Below, in pieces: positions 1 to 13,637 of a stretch of DNA of 64,000 bases. How positions within the stretch are numbered: position 1 is the stretch's first letter; each line of letters opens with the position of its first letter. Origin of the DNA: Leucoraja ocellata (taxonomy: Eukaryota). The stretch is taken from the NCBI GenBank assembly GCA_036785375.1, contig JAWMAR010000462.1:1054001-1118000 (forward strand). The letters run 5' to 3'. The notes beneath the pieces were generated by a model. The model was not told the DNA's origin and ran no database searches. It saw only the letters and a list, made by a program, of their open reading frames with translations. Both the position numbers and the translations under genes were made by a program.

Positions 1-610
1 GGTTCAGGCCTACAATAATATAGATTGTCTCTGCCAAAATATCCACCTGTCCAATTGTAATAGTAGCACAATCATTTTGGACTTCCTTCCCTCATTTTCT
101 TCATGAAAACAATTCACTTTTTGGATTAGTCAATCAACAGAACAGTGTTTACAATGGTATTAAAATAGCGTCTCAAAAGGAGCTGACAATTGATCCATTA
201 CCACAGACGGAAATACTTTGTTAGCTAATATTGCATCCAAATGCAATGTATTTCATGCATTTTATTAAATTCAATTTCTTTTAACAGCCTAAAATGCTGA
301 AACTTTACTAAAGTGCTGTCAATTAACTTCACTAGAAATATTGTGGAATTGCAGGACCGATGACCAAACTGTGTTGTCACTGAAGTTACTCATGCAACTA
401 CAAAATGATAAGTTATGGATTTGGTTTCCAGTCGAAACATCACTTCTTTTCCTTTCTCTGGCTCCTCATTTTTCTCCCAAAGATATTGACATCTGTTGGG
501 CAACTAGAGAGCCAAAGTTGTTATACGTGAGCCACAGTTGTGAATTCCAGTAGCAAATGCTAGGGCAGATAAACATGATCAGTGGTGGCTAACTGCACAC
601 ATTCTTACCT

Positions 611-1152
611 ATATAACCATATAACCATATAACAATTACAGCACGGAAACAGGCCATCTCGGCCCTACAAGTCCATGCCGAACAAATGTTTTTTCCCCTT
701 AGTCCCACCTGCCTGCACTCATACCATAACCCTCCATTCCCTTCTCATCCATATGCCTATCCAATTTATTTTTAAATGATACCAATGAACCTGCCTCCAC
801 CACTTCCACTGGAAGCTCATTCCACACCGCTACCACTCTCTGAGTAAAGAAGTTCCCCCTCATATTACCCCTAATCTTCTGTCCCTTAATTCTGAAGTCA
901 TGTCCTCTTGTTTGAATCTTCCCTATTCTCAAAGGGAAAAGCTTGTCCACATCAACTCTGTCTATCCCTCTCATCATTTTAAAGACCTCTATCAGGTCCC
1001 CCCTTAACCTTCTGCGCTCCAGAGAATAAAGACCTAACTTATTCAACCTATCTCTGTAACTTAGTTGTTGAAACCCAGGCAACATTCTAGTAAATCTCCT
1101 CTGTACTCTCTCTATTTTGTTGACATCCTTCCTATAATTGGGCGACCAAATT
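611..1152 (-). mobile_element. 5'-truncated young CR1-clade LINE (ORF2 C-terminus and 3' UTR)
   Basis: Uninterrupted WSPNYRKDVNKIERVQRRFTRMLPG...RRRLRGDLIEVFK...FFTQRVVAVWNELP, ending in an (ATATGGTT)n tail at 611-632. Confidence 0.92.
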
Positions 1153-2719
1153 ATACTCACCTTTGAGCCTGAAAGGCAGAGGTGCAATTCCTGCTCCAGG
1201 AATCCAAGTACACAAATGAATGCTAACAGTGCTGAGAGTGCTGAATCACTGAACAATTAGTACACAAAATATATTTTAATCATTTACTTATTGGTGTACT
1301 GAGAATGTAAGATTACATTTAGTTAGAATGTACAAGACTTTGGTGTGGTCACACCTGAAGTGGATTGCTAGATTTGTTCTGAGATGGGGAAGTTGTCTAT
1401 ATAAGGTCAACATAAGGAGAGAGTGATTAGGTTGCACCTACAGGGTAGAAGTTTGAAGAATGAAAGACGGTCTCAATGATTGATAACATTCTTGGAAACA
1501 TTGTTCTGGTAGCTGTTGAGACAATATTTCTCAGATTTAAAAGTTTAATCAGGATAGAAGGTTGACCAAGTGAACCTAAGATGAGGAGAAGTATTGAGAG
1601 GGTTGAAATTCATTTTTTCAATTCTTTACCCCATGCTGCCTGTGGATAATCAATTCATGAATGCATTTACATCGGAGATAGATCTTTGACACCAAAGGAA
1701 TCTGGATCTACTTGTGACGACCTAAAGGTGCCAAAAATTCTAAGGCATCATTCAAATATGTGCAATAGAGTCGGGGCCAATATTTATCTCCCAGCTAAAG
1801 TCAACATAGCTGAAGAAGGGTCTCAACTCAAAACATCGCCTATTCCTTCTCTCCATAAATGCTGCCTCATCCAGCATTTTTGTCTAACAGATGATCTTGT
1901 CAGTTAGTTTGATCGTACTGTGACCAGATTAGCTCCATGTTTCATCCATCATCACAGTACCTTCACTTGAGTAGTACTTCAGCCTAATTATCTGTTGCTG
2001 GAAACATCAAACTGTGTGGATAGAAATTTCGAACCCGGGTCTCTAACACTGTAAGGCAGCAATTCTACCGCAGTGCCACCATGCTGCACACATTTTTTCT
2101 CATTCAGCTTCCAGACATGGTCACTGATTCATTCTTGATATAGCTATTAGCACAGATACACTTTCAGTAGATATATTTTTTGGGAGCAGACTTTCCACAA
2201 CTCATTGCCAAAGCACTGCCCTGACTTTCACCTTGGCTGCACCTGTCGGGATTAAATCTGCAAAATTTATGGTCACATGGTTCAGTTATACTTCAAGCAT
2301 TTCTTCTAATATATACTCTTTATGCTTAATTGCCATGGGAAGTGAATCTTAGATCATTTTTAGTAATGTAATAACAGGAATTGGTGTTCAGTCTCTTGAG
2401 CTTGTTATGTCAGTCAATTAGATTCTGGCTGATCTATACCAGCTTGAGTGGCTTAACTTCAATTACAGGGTTATGCACCACCAAAGCAAAGCTCTTTTCT
2501 TTAACCCACCTGAAGCAACACACCTGCTTGTGACCTACTTAAAATTGAGCGCACAAAACTTAATAATGACAGTCTATTAAAGTAAACTGCTTTCTGCCAT
2601 GTGATTAAAAAAAACTTCAGCCTAGGTACGGTATCCGCTTTTAATAAGCTGTGAGAAATAGGGGAAGAGTGACGGTGATTTGAACACGAGTGTGTGTGTG
2701 CGCATAGAGACACAGAGCT

Positions 2720-3610
2720 CTAAACAATCAGTTGGAGGATCACAGCAGGTTGAGCTGCAACTGTGGAGGGAAAAGGTCAGTCGACATTTCGGGTCAGGAG
2801 TCTTCACCTGGACCCAGAGAGTAGAGGGAAGAAAGCCAGTGTAAAAAATGTGGTGGGGCACGGGGTGAGAAGTATTACAGCGGAGGAGGAATTAATTGGG
2901 GGGGGGGGGGGGGGGGGGAGGGGAGAGGGGAGAGGGTGTGGAAAGGCGAGGGGAGGAGGTAACAAAGGGTTGAAGTTGGTGGGATCTGATAGGAACAGAA
3001 GGTAAAGAATGGACCCAAATAAGGGACTGGGGTGGGCAGATGGAAACAGTGGGGACACAGTGGGAGGAGTGTGTGAATGATGGACAGTGGGGGTGGTGAG
3101 GAAGTGGGAGGAAACTGGGTAAATGTGGGCTGGACTGGAGGGTGTGTGTGAGAGAGAGGATATGGGTAGGTCAAGAGGAGAGAGACAGGGACATAGAGGG
3201 AGTAAGTTACCTGAAATTGAATTGGATACCAAAAGGTGTAGACTACCTGCTGGAATATGAAGTGCTGTTCCTCCAGTTTGCGTTTGGCCTCAAAATGGCA
3301 TTGGAGAATGGCGAGGTCGGACAGGATGATGTGGGAACGGGAAGGGGATTATATTGGTTTGCAATGAAGAGCTGCAGGTGGTCACAGTAGACAAAGTGTA
3401 GGTGCTCGGTCATCTAGTCTGTGTTCGGCCTCACCCATGTAGAAACCACATTGAAAAGATCAAATCCAATAGATGCTGTGCGAGAAGGTGCAAGTGAATC
3501 TCTACTTGAAATTGTCCACAGTCGCATTTCCCTCCACAGATGCCACCTGACTGCTGAGTTCCTCCAGTAGATTGTCCTTTGTTCCAGATTCCGGCATCTG
3601 CAGTCTCGTG
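2720..3610 (-). mobile_element. Decayed Penelope-like element 3' fragment with an inverted terminal copy
   Basis: GIY-YIG C-terminal remnant (about 3205-3500), purine-rich spacer, terminal repeat at 2720-2810 and an inverted copy at 3515-3610. Confidence 0.65.
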
Positions 3611-5757
3611 AAGCTCATGCCAGTTTCCACAAACTTAAGTTTAACAAGGTAAAACTTTGAAGCAATTCTGTGAATTTGCAAACTCATAAGAATAAAGAGC
3701 ATAAAGCACGAAAAGAAAAGCACAAAACAGAGAACTATGAAAATTACTGTTGCCAACTGACCAAGAGGCTTGTTTAATTTGAGATAGTCTCCCTACTGCA
3801 GACTTGCCAATCGTGATTGAGAGGGTCCACATAACTCTGATGTCCCATAGTATGAGTGAAGCAACTCAAAGTTGTAAATGTCAAGTTTAAAGCAATAAAT
3901 GCTACCAAACCAGGACTGATGTCAGGTCAAATTATTGATTTCTCAGAAGTAGGCATATCTTATACAGTGATATAACTATTGTTCAATGTCTGGATTTTAA
4001 TTTTTAAATCAATTTTGCTTCAAGCCGAATATTTTTTTATTGCAACTGTGAAATCTTAAAAAGCAACCTCATCCTCAACATCTTTTTGATTTCAGTTTTC
4101 TCACACTGAAATATCATACGGTTGTGGAAGGTACTGATAAAAACACATTTTTTGATGAAATTATGGTGTGCGACACAAATTAAATGGTCATATACAGATA
4201 AAATTGCTGCATGCCAATAAGCTTTGACAATTATAATGCAGAATCTAAAATAGTCTTGAATCATCAGTTTATTTTGTACAATATATTAGTTAACTGAGTT
4301 CATTCCATTAAAAAGTTTAACTACCAACAGTAATCAGAAACAAACTCTCACTTTAGCATTAGTGCAGCATGACAAAACTTCTCACTGATATGATGTTTAA
4401 TTAAAAATGTTAAGAAAACAGAATGCAAGGAAACCTACCATGCAATTCATACGTCTTTCCCTTCCTCAACATGCTGCACCTTTCAAAATGTCCTACTGTT
4501 TGTATCCGGTTCAAGAAACAGCTGAGATTAAATTGATTGCTTGTGCCACATATAAAGATTTTATGACCCATAAAAACCCAGGAGTGAGTCGAGCAATGAA
4601 GCACAGGTGCGACCCATGCATTATGTTGTCCAAAGAGTGAACAACATAAGCAAGGCAGCATTATATTTTTAACATCAGCGTGGACATTTCAGCATCAGAA
4701 TACATGAAAATAATTTAGTAGAGTGTGCTGATTGTACAATAAAATACTTGAATTTTACAATGCAGCAGCCCAGTGAGGCATAGAACAGTACAGCACAGGA
4801 CAAGCCCTTCAGCCCAGCATATATGTCAGTCCAAACTAATCCCATGTGTCTACCCTAAGACATCCCTATGACATTCCCTATTGTCCTTGGAGGGCTAAAG
4901 CTTTGGCTGGCCTTGCAAATTATCCTCAACCTCAATATCCAAGTGAGCAAGTAGATTTGAGACCTCTGGTAAAAATCAGTCGCTTTAAAGGCACATCAAT
5001 TACCACACTAAATAACCATAAACACTGCAAAACTTATATTACCAGCTTAAATGTATCGATGTCCTGTAAACATAAGATTTAAATGAAAAGTCAAACACAA
5101 AATTGATCGGCATAGATGAAAGAATAGTTCAATTTTGGATTAGACAAAACTCAATAATCATATTTTCACTAGTCCTGTTCAAATGTTTTCTAATTTGTCT
5201 TCCTCTATTTGTGTGACTTTTCAAAGCAGCACTAAAGACTTGCATGCTTGGGTCAGGCTTTATTCCCCATGTTTGTCCAAGGATTAATCTATTGGAGGAT
5301 AATACAGGTTTATTGCAGACAAAGTACACAATCTTGAAGCAAGTATGAAGTAACGCACAAAGAAAGCATTATTTGGTTATTTGCATAAATTGTTCTCCTT
5401 GGCGATATTTGGACCTCAAAACAGGTTTTCCACCAGAGGCTGCATTGGGCTACCTGTAAAATAGGTTAATCCCCTTAAGAACCAGAATAATACTTTTTCA
5501 AATTGGGTGCTCAGGGATAATAATTAGCCCATTTAGCACGTTAAAATTCACACTGTATTCCTACTGCGCCTGGGGACTCCAAACAGACCAATATTATCAC
5601 TCCAAGACCTGACTGTGCATAATCTAAAATAATTGAAATTAACTCTTGTCCGGATAATGGGGAAAAAAAGCTGAATAAAAGATATAGAAACATTCCACAA
5701 GCATTAGTTCAACCTTTCGGATTTCAGATTTTTTTGCATGAAGAATAATAAATAGAT

Positions 5758-5915
5758 CTTCTTTGCACACTTCTCTTTCTTGCTTTTCTCCTTTCTTTTC
5801 TTCCAACTATAGCTAAAAGTTAAAATTGAAGCTGTACAATAACTATTATTTCATATGCCGTTGGTTCGATTTTTGTACATTTGCCTCTAATAAACATAAA
5901 ATAAATGAATTAATT
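5758..5915 (+). mobile_element. Short non-LTR retrotransposon 3' end (L1-like) with 17-bp TSD
   Basis: Direct repeat AAGAATAATAAATAGAT at 5741-5757 and 5916-5932. AATAAA and an A-rich end. Confidence 0.65.
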
Positions 5916-5959
5916 AAGAATAATAAATAGATTGACATGGACCTCCTCACCATGTCCTC

Positions 5960-6235
5960 TTTTTTTTTTCTTTTTCTTTTCAAAGCACTTTATTCGTCCC
6001 CGAGGGGCAATTTAAAAAGGCGCATTACAGTAGCTTTTTAAAAAGGGACACAATCAACAAACATAAGCAGCACGCATACTGCACAATCAACCAGCACACG
6101 CATTTCACAGACACACTGCACAATCACACAACACACACCGCACATCAACATTCAACACATAGCAATAGTTTTAAAGTGCTTCCTAAGTGCTTCAATTAAA
6201 AAGTGCATATAGAAGGTTATTTCATTTCATATGTT
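5960..6235 (-). mobile_element. Rex1/Babar-like LINE 3' UTR fragment
   Basis: Minus strand ends AAATTGCCCCTCGGGGACGAATAAAG followed by an A-rich tail. Confidence 0.45.
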
Positions 6236-9200
6236 CATGTTCTTTAACAATGATACAAGGACAAGAAGGGTTTAGAGGGTTATGGGCTAAATGTAGGCGA
6301 ATGGGATTATCCCCAAATGCCAACTTGGTCAGCATGGACATAGTGGGCTAAATGGCCTGTTTCTGCACTGTATAGCTCTATGACTATCGACTTTTGCTGA
6401 AGGGCTGGTTAACTAATGCTCTGTTGCAGATTCTCACAATGTAACTGCATTGTGCCTCAGACTGTTTCAATCAAGCTCCTTTGGTCAGTCGATGAGATTT
6501 AGTTCCATCTTAGCCACTTCCAATTGCGACTGCTTGTTTTTTGCTAAATTGTGCTCATGTTTCTTCAATGTCTCTCCAATTGACTTTAATTTATTTTCTT
6601 GTCCTCCACACATTTAAGTTCATTCAAAACTCTGCCAGCTGTATCTCAACTCTCAGACATCAACTCCATCAATGCATCAACAATATTCCTTCTTTGTTGT
6701 CGTTGACAGCAACACTGTCAAACAGGAACTTTGACAGCAACCGTGTCGAACAGGAACTCAATCCAAAACGTCACCTATCCTTGTTCTCCAGGGATGCTGC
6801 CCAACACCTCGAGTTACCCCAGCACTTTGTGTCCTTTTGTGTATAAACCATCATCTGCAGTTCATTATTTCTACAGGAAACAACTCATCCCCCTCTCATC
6901 TGTCCTCAGGTGACAAATGCCCTTCTCAATGCAATTGACAGGATGACTTTCAAACAGTGGATGTGAATACTCAAAGAAAATTCACACAAATTCACTCTGA
7001 ATGGCTACTGTGAAAAATTTGCTGATAGACAAAGGTCAAACAATTCAAACTGGAGCAAATATAAAAGTTTCAACTAATTTGCTGGAGAAACTCAGTGGGT
7101 CAAGCAGAATATGTGGATTGAAAGAGATGGTCAAAATATTGGGTCAGAACCCTGCATCAGGAGCCCTACGCGAGTCCTGATGCAGGGTATCAATCTGAAA
7201 TGTCTTCCCCTGCATGGATGCTTCTCGACTTTCTGAGCTCCTCCAGCAGATTCTAGCATCTGCAGTCTCTCGTGTCTTCATTATAACAACTGAACAGGGG
7301 AACGAGTTACAATCTGGCAACATGTGCCCTAGAGAGCATATTCAATCATTGCACAACATCATTTGGAGAAAACTAGTCTTCCATACTTGCATCCAACTCT
7401 GAGAGTCGTTGGCAGTACGGTTTTAAAAAACAAGCCAAGAAATCAGAATATCAGCCAAACGTAACACAAACACATACATACTCCAGGAAACACAGCCTGT
7501 AAATTCCAAACGTTTTTGTCACAGCTCGGGCTCATGCAACTTAGTATGGGTGTAAAGAGGGTTCAATATCCTACATAGACTATAAACCATTTCTATTCAT
7601 TGTACATCTTGCCTGTCTGATGCCCATGTCTGTGACAGTCTTCTTCAAATGTCTCAATTCCACCCACCACCACCACCACCCTCCCCATCCATCCCCTCTT
7701 TAACCAGTAAATCAATCTGATCCTTCATTTAATTTTACTTGTATTGCAACACAGTTTTTAGGTCAGCACTACTCAGCAAATTAGTGCATTTACTAATATA
7801 AAGTAGAAACCAATATGCACATAGCAAACAGACACAAAACACCAATGTAACTATGATAAATCTGTTCTTTCCCCGGCACTGGAAAGGTTAATGGAACATC
7901 GGTAGAACAACACTAGCTTTTTACCCCCCCAGAATTGTTCACTTGGATCTTTTGAATCCTTCTCAAAGGAGAGAACAGGCCTAGAACAAGCTTCATCCAA
8001 AAGGCAGCACCATCACCAATCTGGTAAACTCAGTCAGGCAATGGGGCAATTTAAGCGACCTTCAGTCACTTAAATCCATGGGGAATAACTTCGACCCGTT
8101 ATCCTCCCAGTCAGAAACTAAACTGTTGAAACAAGGAACTGCAGATGCGTGTTTACAAAAAAAAAGACACAAAGTGCTGGAGTAACTCAGCAGGTCAGGC
8201 AACATCTCTGGAGAACATTTTCTCCACAGATGCTGTTTGACCCACTGAGCTACTCCACCACTTTGTGTTTTTTTCAGAAACTAAATTGAACCCTGCCGAG
8301 AACCAGGTGAACTGCTCAAACTTGTTGCATCCACTCCCAAGACAGTGCTATTAAAAGATGCTCCATCTAAATTACTTGCAAAACCTTCTCCCTTCAGTCC
8401 AGTTCCTAAGTATGTAATCACAACAATTTTAGCAGAGCAACCATGGTGGAATACTCGCATTTGCCTGCCCGGTAATTTATTAATGTTTGCAGTATGAAGA
8501 ATGAGGTTGAGAGGAGATATGGGAGGACAAAACCTTGAAGGGTTCACTTTGGGTAGAGAACAATAGTTCCAATGGTGGAGGATTTAATGACCACAGGGCA
8601 CAAATGTAAAATGATTGTAAAAGATTGAGGGGTGTAAACTAGCAGTTTGTACCTGGAATGCTCTGCTTGTGAGTGTGTTAAATGCAGATTCAGTTATAGT
8701 TATCAGAATGGAAATTATTAAATATTTGAAGACCAAAACCAATGTAAAGTTGTGTGGGAAGCACAAGACACTCAGATTGAATGGATTGCTCTGCAGAGAG
8801 CAGGCACAGGCTTGATGAGATAAACGTCCCCATGCTGTTCCAATTCTTCTATCCTGAAAGTACTTCAGGGTTCAGTAATATCAACCGAAACACTTATGCA
8901 GAGTCACAGGCGTTGCTTCCTTGATCCAGAAATGTACAATGCTGATGCATGGTCTGGGACCACAGCTGCATTTTTTAGCACTGAACCACATGTATTGGCC
9001 TGAATGATTTTGAATTTTTAGCACTGAACCAGATGTATTGGCCTAAATGATTTGTGCTTGGGTTTCTAATTCACTGTAGACTACATCTAAATCTCATTCA
9101 TTCACCTCATCAATATATCCAGCTGATGAAAGCTTACTGTTTCACATTGATAACTAAATCCCTCTCAACAAATGCTGCCTGATTTTGTGAGTTTGCCACT

Positions 9201-9308
9201 TCCTTGGTTTACATTCAGCATTTCTTTCTATGCTCAATTACCTATATAGTCTCTTCTCAAATGCACTCAAGGAAGAGCAACCCATATTATTTCATTTACA
9301 AGACATGC

Positions 9309-9542
9309 TGTGTCCCAAACATTATGGTGCCCTGAAATGGGGGGGGGGGGGGGGACTATGTATAAACACTGCTGTAATTTTTACATGGTGAAACCAAAAT
9401 GTATAAAAATGGCCTTTATTAAAATCTGACAATGTGCACTTCAACCACATGTGAGATTTTCTATTACAAATCTCAAATTGTGGAGTACAGAGGCAAATAA
9501 TTAAATGATGGGTCTTTGTCCCAAACATTACGGAGGGCACTG
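9309..9542. mobile_element. Tc1-like transposon terminal inverted repeat (IR/DR type), solo right-facing end
   Basis: Ends ...GGAGGGCACTG. Internal direct repeat TGTCCCAAACATTA at both ends. Reverse complement of 21796-22020. Confidence 0.8.
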
Positions 9543-9652
9543 CAACCTTCATTATGTTTGCCAGATAATCAATTCCCTTGTAGACTGAAAAATGACTGTA
9601 GAAAACCAGGCATCGTTGCAGTAACCGATATGGATGATATAAAAAGTTGGAA

Positions 9653-9875
9653 GGGGCTTTCTTTTCCCAACACTTTCCTGCACCTTCACGATTCTTGCTC
9701 ACTTTCCTTACTTCTTTTATTTCTATCTTTTTTAAAGCTCGAAAAACGAAGTGGTACAACAAATGTATTAAGATATATGTGATGTGTATTATTGTAATTT
9801 ACTGTACTTCTAATTTAAAAAAAAAAAAAAAAAAAATTAAATTACAAAAAAAAAAAAGATTTTAAACAAAGAAAA
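9653..9875 (+). mobile_element. L1-like 3' end with poly(A) tail and 12-bp TSD
   Basis: AAAAAGTTGGAA at 9641-9652 and 9876-9887, with long poly(A) runs at the 3' end. Confidence 0.7.
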
Positions 9876-10394
9876 AAAAAGTTGGAATGTTTCAAATATG
9901 TCTTCAAGCATCACAAATATGAGCAATAAAAGAACAAGAAATTGTCACATTTAAAAACCAAATTAGAATACAAATGCACCTTACATTTAGTTAGAAGACA
10001 AACAGACTGTTCTTTGAGATCTTCAGCTAGTTAACCTGGACTTCGCTTAATATGTATTTACTGAGCTCTACTTTGCAAAACTCATACAAGTACATTACTG
10101 GATTTAAACAAAAATGAAAAGAACCATACAAACCCCAGAATCACACCCACAAAACCAACAGCTTGTGTCAACAAGACATAACTCAGACAGTCAAAGGATT
10201 TTTTAAAAACAGGGATAGATCTTCGAGGCAACTTAACACCACTAATCATTATGTCTTTTACGGTGCTATTAAATTACGGTGTATTATTGGCACACACTAT
10301 GATTCTACTCTGCTTCTGTCCAATTACATGCCTTATGAATAAAAGAGTTTATCCGTAACATTGTTATTTTAGGGGGAAAAAAGGATCCACCTAC

Positions 10395-10521
10395 CTTGTG
10401 CTTCATAATCGGAGTGGTAAGGAGTCGACTGTCTATTCTCTGGAGCTGAGCTCATGCCGAGCACCGACTGCAGTTGTGTCACATTAAAACTGGCTGCAAG
10501 TTCACCACTTCGATCGCCGAT
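10395..10521 (-). CDS. GPSM1: GPSM1 exon 9 (end of TPR region, start of linker), 127 bp
   Basis: Encodes IGDRSGELAASFNVTQLQSVLGMSSAPENRQSTPYHSDYEAQ(G). ttgcAG acceptor, GTAGGT donor. The IGDR...YEAQG ends are GPSM1-like. Confidence 0.92.
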
Positions 10522-11290
10522 CTGCAAGAAGACATCCCAAGACTGAAAACTTGCACTGCACAAGGGATTACCTCCGAGGTTATGTTGCCGTGTAGGTTTT
10601 TTTTGGATTTGGGGGGAAGGGGGTGGGGTTGTCCTAGTGATATACCGAAGGTGGCAAGTGTGGGGTGGGGTATGAGTCAGGAGATGAAAGCAAAGAAAAA
10701 CAGGAAATTTAGTGCCCGGTCTGATGCAATTGATGCAAAAAACATGAGACTAAATTCAGAAGCTGCACTGTACGTCGATGTTTAATTGAGTTGTCATTGC
10801 ACATTCTAGACCACCTCCTGTTTATTATTGTTTAATGGCCAATCCCGATTGCTGCATAGCAGATGAGACTATGATTCTTCCACAGTTTCTGCACATTACA
10901 GCAGACCAATGAAAAAATCTGTATCGCTAATGAAATATATTCATATGCTGAAGGAACATTTAAATGTTGATATTACATTATGCATAATGGAACATTGGAA
11001 GTCTTGGGCAAATCTTTAAACCACTGTGTTTGAAAGACACGCTGCTGTTATTGGCATCAAGTTCAGCGTTTGGAAAGTTGTTTGTTTTTGAACATTGCTT
11101 GGGCACCCGAATACAAAATTTTGTTTGTTTTTAAATATTAACCTTTACTCAGCTGAACAGCTATGATTAATGGAAAGGTTTGAATTTAAACAATCTTCAT
11201 TCAAGGACTGATGGTGAAAGAACAGCACTTAGCACAAACCTCAGTATTTTACTTAGACGGGGATGCACAACAGTAGCGTGCACTGATGAC

Positions 11291-11730
11291 GGGGATGTCC
11301 CACTTAGGTGATTTTTTCCGGCGACTGTCATATTCGTAGCAGGTCGACAAAAAAACGGTGACTGGACTAATGGGCCTGTCCCACTTGGCAATTTTTTAGG
11401 TGATTGCTGGCGGATATGACATTGAAATTCACCGAAGTCAGCACCTGCGCCAACCTACGTCACCTGCCGACAACCGACGACATCCATGCGACACCCTACG
11501 ACCAAACCTACGCCAGGCTACGCTAATTTAGCATCAAACCCAAAGTCGTCACTGTCGCTGAAAATTTCCAACATGTTGAAAATTTTTCGGTGACCAGAAA
11601 GGCGCTACAACTCTTTGGGCCACTGAGGAGACAGCTCACGACCATACAGGCGACATGCCAGCGACCATGTGGCAGCCACATCGGCAACTTTTTAGGTGAC
11701 TTCAGAAGACTAAGTGGGACAGGTCCATTA
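11291..11730. mobile_element. PIF/Harbinger-like MITE with an extra degenerate left end
   Basis: Inverted repeat 11366-11386 versus 11712-11732 matches 20/21 (core GGGCCTGTCCCACTT), with TAA/TTA flanks. A second TGTCCCACTT end lies at about 11296. Confidence 0.7.
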
Positions 11731-12478
11731 GTGTGGTTCCTTTTCTCTGCATGACAATTTTTTTAAACAGTTTTGAACCAAGGACATAATCTTGCTTTGG
11801 ACAGAAACACATTACATTCCCTGGACTTTAACAGATTGGAATTCCTTACCACAATAAAGTAATACCTACTTCTTTAACTTAAGAAAACAACATTACCAAT
11901 TCTTAATTTCCCCATTTTAACTTCCAACTCTTTTCCATCATGGATTGTCGGCAATAGTATATTGTGTATATACAATGCCTTTAAACATCCTAAGGACCTA
12001 AAATGGACAGGATCATTACCAAGTCAAATTGGACACTGGGCCACAGTGCATGTGGCCCACCTTGTTCATGACAACCACGGTAGCATATTGGCCTTGTCCC
12101 ATTTGGCTGCATTTAGTTCATTGCCTTCCAAACCCTTCATATCCATTGTTGTATGATGCAAGTCAACGTTTCAGCATTTATTCTTACTCAACATGTCGTC
12201 CTCCAAATCCATCCCCATCAGTTGCATCGTCTAGATTTATCACCCATAATTTGCATCACTCACATCCTCCACGTGTCAAGTCCAAACCCTTCTTAAATCT
12301 GAAGAGGATCATGACCCAAAACATCGTCTGTCCAGATGCTGCCTGACTCACTAAGTTCCTCCAGCACATTGTGTTTTGCTCAAATTTCCAGAATCAGTAT
12401 TTTCTTGTGTACATAAAGGTGTTGAAATGTGTCAGGTTTCCTCAGAATAGTGGCAAACATTTTATTCACAAGAACTAT

Positions 12479-13437
12479 TCATAGAGTGATACGGAGTGGA
12501 AAAAGGCCCTTCGGCCCAACTCTCCCACACCGGCCAACAATGTCCCAGCTGCACTCATCCCACTTGCCTGCACTTGGTCCATATCCCTCCAAACCTGTCC
12601 TATCCATGTACCTGTCTAACCGTTTCTTAAACAATGGGATAGTCCCAGCCTCAACTACCTCCTCTGGCAGCTTGTTCCATACACCCACCACCCCTTGTGT
12701 GAAAAGGTTACTCCTCTGATTCCTATTAAATCTTTTCCCCTTCACCTTGATGCTATGTCCTCTGGTCCTCGATTCCCCTACTCAAAAGACTTTGATCTAT
12801 TCCTCTCATGATTTTGTATACCTCTAAGATCTCCCCTCATCTCCTGCGCTCCATGGAATACAGACCCAGCCTACTCGGCCTCTTCCTATAGCTCACGTCC
12901 TCTTGCTCTGGCAGCATCCTCGTAAATCATTTCTGAACCCTTTCAAGCTTGACAATATCTTTCCTATAACATGGTGCCCAGAACAGAACACAATATTCTA
13001 AATGCAGTCTCACCAACATCTTATACAACTGCAACATGACCTTCCAACTTCTATACTCTGACTGATGAAGGCCAAAGTGCCAAAAGCCTTTTTGACCACC
13101 TTATCTACCTGAAACTCGACTTTCAAGGGACCATGCACCTGTACTCCTAGATCCCTCTGCTCTACCATTTGTTGTGTAGGTCCTGCCCTTGTTCGACGTC
13201 CCAAAATGCAACACCTCACACTTCTCTGTATTAAATTCCATCAACCATTCCTCCGCCCACCTAGCCAATCGATCCAGATCCTGCTGCAATCATTCACAAC
13301 CATCTTCATTATCTGCAAAACCACTAACTTTTGATCCATCAGCAAACTTGCTAATCTTGCCCTGTGTGTTCTCACCAAATCATTGATGTAGATGACAAAC
13401 AGTAACGGGCCCCAGCACTGAACCCTGAGGCACACCA
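12479..13437 (-). mobile_element. CR1-clade LINE fragment (RT C-terminus and 3' UTR), frameshifted
   Basis: GPLLFVIYINDL, QQDLDRLARWAEEWLMEFNTEKCEVLHFG, and FTQGVVGVWNKLPEEVVEAG. Confidence 0.9.
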
Positions 13438-13454
13438 CAAGCATCCAGTTCACA

Positions 13455-13585
13455 TGCACCCCCTCTAGCCTCGTCTACTGCATCTGGTATTCCCGATGCG
13501 GCCTCCTGTACATCATCGAGACCAAGTGTAGACTTGGCGACCGGTTCACTGAACGCTTGCGCTTGGTCTGCCTAGGCTTGCGGGA
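13455..13585 (+). mobile_element. Penelope-like GIY-YIG endonuclease fragment
   Basis: Reads LVYCIWYSRCGLLYIIETKCRLGDRFTE, a degenerate GIY-YIG ...YIGET motif. Confidence 0.7.
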
Positions 13586-13637
13586 AATGGGATTCCAGCA
13601 GTAATTTCTTCCTTAATGAAGACTCAAGTACTTATTT

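Noticed and set aside
699-1256. 185-aa ORF as a host gene or domesticated fusion
   Set aside because: It is a CR1 ORF2 tail joined by chance to about 35 codons of flanking DNA with a non-ATG start.
2030-2086. tRNA gene
   Set aside because: Only a decayed tRNA-derived SINE head like the one at about 29900-29968, with no cloverleaf.
2804-3232. Pro-rich and Gly-rich ORFs and G-runs
   Set aside because: These are translations of the low-complexity spacer in the Penelope 3' region.
1-10394. Canonical GPSM1 exon 10 and the GoLoco exons
   Set aside because: No matching peptide with splice sites was found by eye. They are probably beyond the left edge of the window.
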